Positions 58,165 through 64,000 of a stretch of DNA of 64,000 nt are shown one piece after another. Made by a program: the position numbers and the translations under genes. Origin of the DNA: an uncultured Actinomycetota bacterium (GTDB taxonomy: Bacteria > Actinomycetota > Actinomycetes > Actinomycetales > Microbacteriaceae); contig CAWCWD010000062.1 of assembly GCA_963799015.1 (NCBI GenBank), positions 51 through 64,050 of the forward strand. The letters are read 5' to 3'. The notes under the pieces were generated by a model. That model was not told the DNA's origin and ran no database searches. It worked only from the letters and a program-made list of their open reading frames with translations. Numbering within the stretch: position 1 is the first letter of the stretch; each line of letters begins with the position of its first letter.

Positions 58165-58442
58165 CCCCATCGCATCCACGATCGAACGGAGCGCGCATGT
58201 CCTGGATGGCCGAGATGTCGTCGTACCGCTACCTGGCCGAGCTCAAGCGCCGCTACGCCGAAGCGGATGCCGCGGCCGCGCACCCCGCGCCCGAGCCCGA
58301 GCCCGACCCCATGCATCCGACCGAGCGGATGCCGCGGCCGGCGACTCCTCGCACGGGCGGGAGGCCGCCCGACCCCTCGATAGCGCCCGCCCATCGGCGT
58401 AGCGTGGCCCGCGAAGCGAAGGGCCGAACAAGGGGGTCACCG

Positions 58443-58910
58443 ATGGCCGAGCTCTCATTCATCCAGCCATGCCTGTGGTTCGACGACCAGGCGCGCGAGG
58501 CGATGGCGTACTACGTCGACGTGTTCCCGAATTCGCGCATCATCCGGATCGACGACTATCCCGACGAATCGCTCGACGAGCACTTCACGGGGATGTCGGG
58601 CAAGGTGATCAACGGGCAGTTCAGCCTGAACGGGGTGGAGTTCACCTGCCTCGACGGCGGCCCGCTCTTCCGGTTCAACGAGTCGATCTCGTTCATCGTG
58701 TCCTGCAAGGACCAGGAGGAGATCGAGTACTACTGGTCGAAGCTGTCGCACGTGCCCGAGGCGGAGCAGTGCGGCTGGTGCAAGGACCAGTTCGGGCTGA
58801 GCTGGCAGGTCATCCCCGCGAACATGGGCGAGCTGACCAAGCGGCCCGAGCAGGTGCAGGTGATGATGGGCCAGAAGAAGATCGTGATCGCCGAGCTCGA
58901 GAACGCCTGA
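58443..58910 (+). CDS. PhnB-like VOC protein (3-demethylubiquinone-9 methyltransferase-like family)
   Basis: IQPCLWFDDQAREA...CGWCKDQFGLSWQV. Confidence 0.9.
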   Translation: MAELSFIQPCLWFDDQAREAMAYYVDVFPNSRIIRIDDYPDESLDEHFTGMSGKVINGQFSLNGVEFTCLDGGPLFRFNESISFIVSCKDQEEIEYYWSKLSHVPEAEQCGWCKDQFGLSWQVIPANMGELTKRPEQVQVMMGQKKIVIAELENA

Positions 58911-58959
58911 GCCCCACTGCCGGGCTGCCGTCGCGTGCTGCCGGGACGCTGCCCGGGCG

Positions 58960-59404
58960 CTACGCGTCGACCAGTTCGAGCCGCTGCTTGAGGAGCGCGA
59001 GGCTCGCAGGCATCTCGGTGCGCGCGCCGCGGGTGGCCATCACCCGGATCAGCTTGCCGATGCCGTGCCCCTCGAACCAGACGCGGTAGTCGACGTGCGT
59101 GCCGGTGCCCTCGGTCGGCGCGAATGCGATGTCGACGTGGGCACGCACGGGCCCATCGATGCCCTCGACCGCCCATCGGCCTCCGGGCTCGTAGTCGGTG
59201 ACCTGCCACCGCGCCTTCTGCCTGCCGCCCGGCACCCGGCGGATCTCGTACCCGCGCATGCCGACCTGGCGGATCGCGGGCGGCTCGGCGGATGCCTCCT
59301 CCACCGACGGTTGCCACTCGGGAAGCCGAGCCGCGTCGGTGACGTAGTCGAAGACCTCCTGCGGCGCTGCGGGCGATCTCGGTGCTGCATTCGATGACCT
59401 TCAT
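58960..59404 (-). CDS. SRPBCC-family protein (apparent frameshift near 59365)
   Basis: EVFDYVTDAARLPEW...SLALLKQRLE. Confidence 0.8.
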
Positions 59405-59474
59405 GGCGGCCACCTCCCTGAACGGTCGGCGCGTCGTTGCCCGACCTATATTGATGACAGTATCATTCTCCTTA

Positions 59475-60132
59475 ATGTCAGAAGTGTCAAGACGTCCGTA
59501 CGACGCGACGCGTCGTCGCCAGCAGGCGGCCCGAACGCGGGCGCGCATCATCGAGGTCGCCGGGCGGCTGTTCGTGGAACGCGGGTACGCAGGAACCACG
59601 ATCCCCGCGATCGCCGGCGAGGCCGGCGTGGCCGTGGAGACGGTCTATCGCTCCGCGAGCGGGAAGGCCGGGCTGCTGGCCGACGCCGTCCGGGCCGCCG
59701 TAGCGGGTGGCGCGGAGCGCGCGGAGGTGCCGGTCACCGAACGGCCCGCGATCCGGCGGATCACAGGAGGAGGTGGATCCGGTTCGGCAGCTGCAGCTGT
59801 ATGCGGCGACGCAGCCCGGGATCTGGTCGCGCGTCGGCCCGCTCCTTCGCGTGCTCGACGCCGCGGCCAACAGCGACGCCTCGCTGGTCGAACTCCGCGA
59901 CCAGATCGCCGCCGAGCGGCGGCACGGCCTGCGAGACGGGTTCGGCCGGATGCTCGAGCAGCGCGGCGTGCTGCGTGACGGCGTCACCGCCGAGCGCGCC
60001 GGCGACATCGTGTACGCCGTGTGCGGACAGGCCAACTACGTGGCGCTCGTCGGCGACTGCGGCTGGACGGAGGAAGCCTACGAGTCCTGGCTGGCTGAGA
60101 CGCTGGTCGCCGCGCTGCTCCCTCCACGGTAG
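59475..60132 (+). CDS. TetR-family regulator (apparent frameshift near 59765)
   Basis: RRPYDATRR...GTTIPAIAGEAGVAVETVY. Confidence 0.85.
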
Positions 60133-61722
60133 GAATCGCGCTCAGTCTCCAGAGCAGCCGGCGTTGCCGCGTCGAGCCGGTCCTCGAAGAAGAATCGCGA
60201 GAGGCGCGCTCGGAGGCGCTGTGTCCAACGCACGCGACCGCCGGATGCCTCCAGCGCCAACGGGGTGTGCGTCTCGACGTCGAGCAGCCGCCATCGTTCG
60301 TACTCGTTCAGCCGCTGGTGGACCTCGATGTACTCGCCCCCGGGAAGACGTACGATCCGGCCGGTCTCGAACCCGTGCAGCAGGAGGTCGCGGTCCTTGC
60401 GCTGGAGGGCGATGCAGACCCGTCGCGCAACACTGAACGCGATGATCGGCCCGGCGACCAGCAGGATCTGCAGGGCGAGCACGACCCCTTCGATCGTGAG
60501 GCTGAAGGCGACCGCCATGAGATCCGCGCTTCCGGCGGCCCAGAGCGTGCCGTAGAACACGATTCCGGCGAAGCCGATGCCGGTCCTGGTCGGCGTGTTC
60601 CGCGGGCGGTCGAGCAGGTGGTGGTCGCGGTGGTCGCCGGTGATCCACTCCTCGATGAACGGATACGTGGCGACGAGCAGGAGGAAGACGCTGATCACCG
60701 CCAACGGTGCGAGCAGGGCGAGCGTCCACGTCCGGTCGAATGCGACGATCTCCCAGCCCGGTGGCACGAGTCGGAGCGCACCGTCGAGGAAGCCGGTGTA
60801 CCAATCCGGCTGGCTGCCGGCGCCGGCATTGCCGGGTGAGGCCGGGCCGTACAGCCAGACGGGGTTGATCGTGACGGTGACGGAGACCAGCAGCAGGATG
60901 CCGGTGACGATGAGGAAGAGCCCGCCGGCACGTGCAGCCGCGTCGGGAAGGAGCGGTATGCCCACGACGTTCGCCTCCGTGCGCCCGGGGCCCGAGAACT
61001 GCGGCGGCTTGGCCCGGTACGTGATCGCGATGCGGATGGCGATGAGCAGCACGAGGATCACGGGTACGACGGCGACGTGGAGCGGGTAGAGGTTCTCGAT
61101 GATCTGCCCCGGGAACGCCCCTCCGAAGAACAGGTCCTTCAGCCAGGTCCCGACGACCGGAATGCCGAGCAGGATGCCTTCGAAGATGCGCAGCCCCGTT
61201 CCCGAGAGCATGTCGTCGGGAAGGGCGTATCCGCTCCACCCGCCGGCGAGCGCGGTGATCAGGATCAAGAAGAGCAGGACCCAACCCGCGCGCCGCGGCT
61301 TGCGGAACGCACCGGTGAAGAACGTGACCAGGAGCTGCCCGATCAGGGCTGCGGGCAGCAGCAGTGCGGCCCAGTGATGGGCCTGCCGAAGGAGCAGCCC
61401 GCCCGGAACCTCGAACGAGATGTGCAGCGTCGACGCGAACGCCTTCGACACCTCCTGGCCCTGCAGGGTCGGAACCCGTCCGTCGTACACGACCGTCGTA
61501 CTCGATGGGGTGAAGAAGAACATCAGGATGACGCCGGTCACCATGATGACCGGCAAGGCAGGCGAGCGCGATCACCCCGAACATGTTCGACCAGTGCACG
61601 GGCACCGTGCGATGGCGCAGGTCCTCGAGCACCGCAGCACCCCGCTTGCCGACCGTCGTCCGTGCGACGTGGCTGGAGAGCCGACCCGTCAGGCTGGAGC
61701 GTGGCATCCGCTCGACCGGCAT
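60078..61722 (-). CDS. qcrB: Orphan cytochrome bc1 cytochrome b (QcrB) paralog lacking heme bH ligands (apparent frameshift near 61560; 3' end may be near 60142)
   Basis: HWS, RQAHHWAA, FFTGAFRKPR, GYALPDDMLSG, SQPDWY, LLDRPR, HGFETG; RBS AGAAAGGAG. Confidence 0.88.
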
Positions 61723-61752
61723 CTCGTCTCCTTTCTGTTCTCCTACCCATAC

Positions 61753-61779
61753 GACACCGCAGCGGTCTGATTTGTGACA
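61753..61779 (-). promoter_or_regulatory. ECF41-type promoter TGTCACA-N16-TGTC upstream of the qcrB paralog
   Basis: Same -35 and spacing as the promoters at 6360-6438. Confidence 0.6.
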
Positions 61780-61823
61780 GTGGAGGCCGACCTCGGCGAG
61801 CTGGATGCCGCCATCGCGAGGCG

Positions 61824-62475
61824 TCAGAGCGGACGAACCGGCTGACGCAGCACGGTGCGCAGCTTCTCCGGCGCCGTGCGCCGGGCATCGCTGAGGTACA
61901 CCTCGTGGTGCGGGCCGTTGAAGGTGAGGCGCTGCTGCGGCATCCATTCGTCGTGCAGGCGCGCAAGGGTCGGCGCTTCATCGTCGTACGACCCGACGTG
62001 GAGGATCTGCGCCGACGGTCCCTCGTGCAGGTGCGCGAGGCGAAGCTGGTCGAGTGCGGGGTTCTCACGACCGCCCGACTTCGAGATCTTCGCGCGAATG
62101 GTGTCGACCGCGGCGGCGACGGCCTCCTCGTCGATCCAATCGGGTTGGGCGATCAGCATCGTCCAGCTCCACGCGCCCTTGTCGCGCGCGACGAAGGCGC
62201 CCTGATCCTCCGCCCACCAGAGCCCCTCGAGCGGTGCGACGACGAAGTCCCGCTCGAGCATCCGCTTGCTGGCGAACTTCACCGCATAGCCCACCCCGAA
62301 CAGCGCCTCGACGGCGTCGCGGTACCACGCAGCCGTGTTGGGATCGCCCTGCCCGTCGACCGCGAGGTACCGCATCGGTGGCACATCGACGATGGCGAAC
62401 TCTTTCGCCGACGGCGCGTACAGCTCCGGATGCTCCCGCTTGACGTCGTACTTCTCGTTCGCATCGGGCGGCCAT
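61824..62475 (-). CDS. GyrI-like small-molecule binding protein (start uncertain, indel near 5' end)
   Basis: YLAVDGQGDPN, VAPLEGLWW, HVGSYDDE, HHEVYLSD...KLRTVLRQP. Confidence 0.85.
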
Positions 62476-62551
62476 GGCGGGAGGCGTACGCCCCGGGTCG
62501 GACAGTTCCGTGACCGGATTCCATCGCGGCCGAATGCGAAGCCCGACGCCG

Positions 62552-63011
62552 TCAGGGCGACCGCGGCGTGAGGCGGATGACCGGGATCTCCCGGTCGGTG
62601 ATCCGCTCGTATCGGGCGAATCCCGATGCCGTGCGCCGTGACCTGCCGCCATGCCGCCTCGCGCTCGTCGCCGTGCAGCTGCTCCGGCGTGACCTCGATG
62701 CGCTGACCGGCGAACTCGACCCGCACTCGGTCGGGGTGCGCCGCGATGTTGTAGTACCACGCGGGGTTCCGGGGCGCGCCGCTCGCCGACGCCACGATGA
62801 GCTTCGTGTCGCCCTCGCCGGGGAACCATCGCACCGGAGTCATCCGCTCGACGCCGGTCTTCTTCCCGATCGTGACGAGCACCAGCTTGTCACCGGGCTT
62901 CGCGTCCTTCCGGCGCATGCGCTCCACCATCTTCTGGTTCCCCCACCGCTCGAGCCGGTTGCGGCCGGGCTGGCGGGCACCTCGGGTTCCGTTCGGAGTA
63001 TCGAAGGCCAT
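62552..63011 (-). CDS. F420-dependent nitroreductase/quinone reductase (Ddn-like; apparent frameshift near 62625)
   Basis: TIGKKTGVER.TP...VASASGAPRNPAWYYNI...TDREIPVIRL. Confidence 0.85.
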
Positions 63012-63144
63012 GCGCGACGCCTCCTCGGGTGGCGATCCTTCCCTCAATCATCCCGCGATTCGGCGGGTCGTGCTGTCAGGCACCGGCGAACCGTGCACTG
63101 GCAGGGCCTCCCTCGCCGACGGAACCCGACGTAGCGTCGAGCGG

Positions 63145-64000
63145 GTGAACGAAACACTCGAACTCAACAACGGCGTCACGATGCCGGCGCTCGGCTTCGG
63201 CGTCTTCCAGACGCCCCCGGCCGAGACCGTGAGCGCCGTGGCATCCGCTCTGCAGGTCGGTTACCGCCACATCGACACCGCGGCCGCGTACCTGAACGAG
63301 CGGGAGGTCGGCGAGGCGATCCGCCAGTCGGGCCTCGACCGCCACGACATCTTCATCGAGACGAAGGTGTGGATCAGCGACTACGGCTACGACGAGACCC
63401 TGCACGCGTGGGAGAAGAGCACCCGCAAGCTCGGCGTCGACACCCTCGACCTGCTGATCCTGCACCAGCCGATGCCCGCCCACTTCGACCGCACCATCGA
63501 GGCGTATCGCGCCCTCGAGACGCTGCTGGCCGACGGCAAGGTCCGCGCGATCGGCGTCAGCAACTTCATGCCCGACCACCTCGCGACGCTGCTCGAGCAG
63601 ACGAGCGTCGTGCCGGCCGTGAACCAGGTCGAGGTGCACCCGTACTTCTCACAGCCCGAGGTGCGTGCAGCGGATGCCGCGCACGGCATCCTCACGCAGG
63701 CGTGGTCGCCGATCGGCGGCATCACGTTCTACCGCGGCGAGGGCAAGGGCACGCTGGCCGACCCGGTGATCGGCGGCATCGCCGACGCGCACGGCAAGAC
63801 GCCTGCACAGGTCATGCTGCGGTGGCACCTGCAGGAGGGCCGATCGGCCATCCCGAAGTCGGTGCGCGCCGAGCGCATCGCCGAGAACTTCGACGTCTTC
63901 GACTTCGAACTCACCGCCGCGGAGCTCGCGGCCATCGACGCGCTCGACACCGGCGAGCGCGGCGGCCCCGACCCGGCATCCATCACGCCCGAGATCTTCT
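63145..64000 (+). CDS. Aldo/keto reductase (2,5-DKG reductase-like), runs off the window, leaderless
   Basis: LNNGVTMPALGFGVFQ, IDTAAAY, IGVSNF, IPKS; -10 TAGCGT 7 nt before GTG. Confidence 0.92.
   Translation, partial: MNETLELNNGVTMPALGFGVFQTPPAETVSAVASALQVGYRHIDTAAAYLNEREVGEAIRQSGLDRHDIFIETKVWISDYGYDETLHAWEKSTRKLGVDTLDLLILHQPMPAHFDRTIEAYRALETLLADGKVRAIGVSNFMPDHLATLLEQTSVVPAVNQVEVHPYFSQPEVRAADAAHGILTQAWSPIGGITFYRGEGKGTLADPVIGGIADAHGKTPAQVMLRWHLQEGRSAIPKSVRAERIAENFDVFDFELTAAELAAIDALDTGERGGPDPASITPEIF

Noticed and set aside
57183-58910. Apparent quinone reductase-PhnB fusion (575 aa)
   Set aside because: The canonical GKGVVVL* terminus is present in a shifted frame at 58164.
61824-63047. Apparent nitroreductase-GyrI fusion
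   Set aside because: The nitroreductase C-terminus (TDREIPVIRL...*) lies in another frame ending at 62552.

Overview
High-GC (~70%) actinobacterial DNA, most consistent with Microbacteriaceae (Microbacterium-like; inferred from gene content and leaderless promoters). The window is an accessory, gene-dense mosaic of about 60 small modules. These include regulator/enzyme pairs, two ECF sigma factors, a DUF222/HNH nuclease, a secreted GH84 glycosidase, a CoA-dependent catabolic operon, a cstA-ybdD-LytS/LytR-SSS carboxylate uptake locus, an orphan ectB and an orphan cytochrome b. No rRNA, tRNA, CRISPR array, transposase or intact integrase was seen. More than 20 genes carry single-base frameshifts, most likely long-read consensus errors; these also create several false ORF fusions. 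Main observations: (1) Cargo modules are bracketed by repeated, slightly diverged copies of gene 3' ends. Six pieces of one epimerase tail cluster around a 12-bp-arm hairpin, and there are also a dienelactone-hydrolase tail and a 33-bp tail. This suggests integrase-independent cassette accretion. (2) The motif GGATGCCGC/GCGGCATCC is strongly over-represented (about 40 copies by manual count), resembling a DNA-uptake or REP-like signal. (3) A stand-alone QcrB paralog keeps the heme bL ligands and the Qo PDWY motif but has lost both heme bH histidines. It is preceded by an ECF41-type promoter matching those next to the sigJ-like gene.
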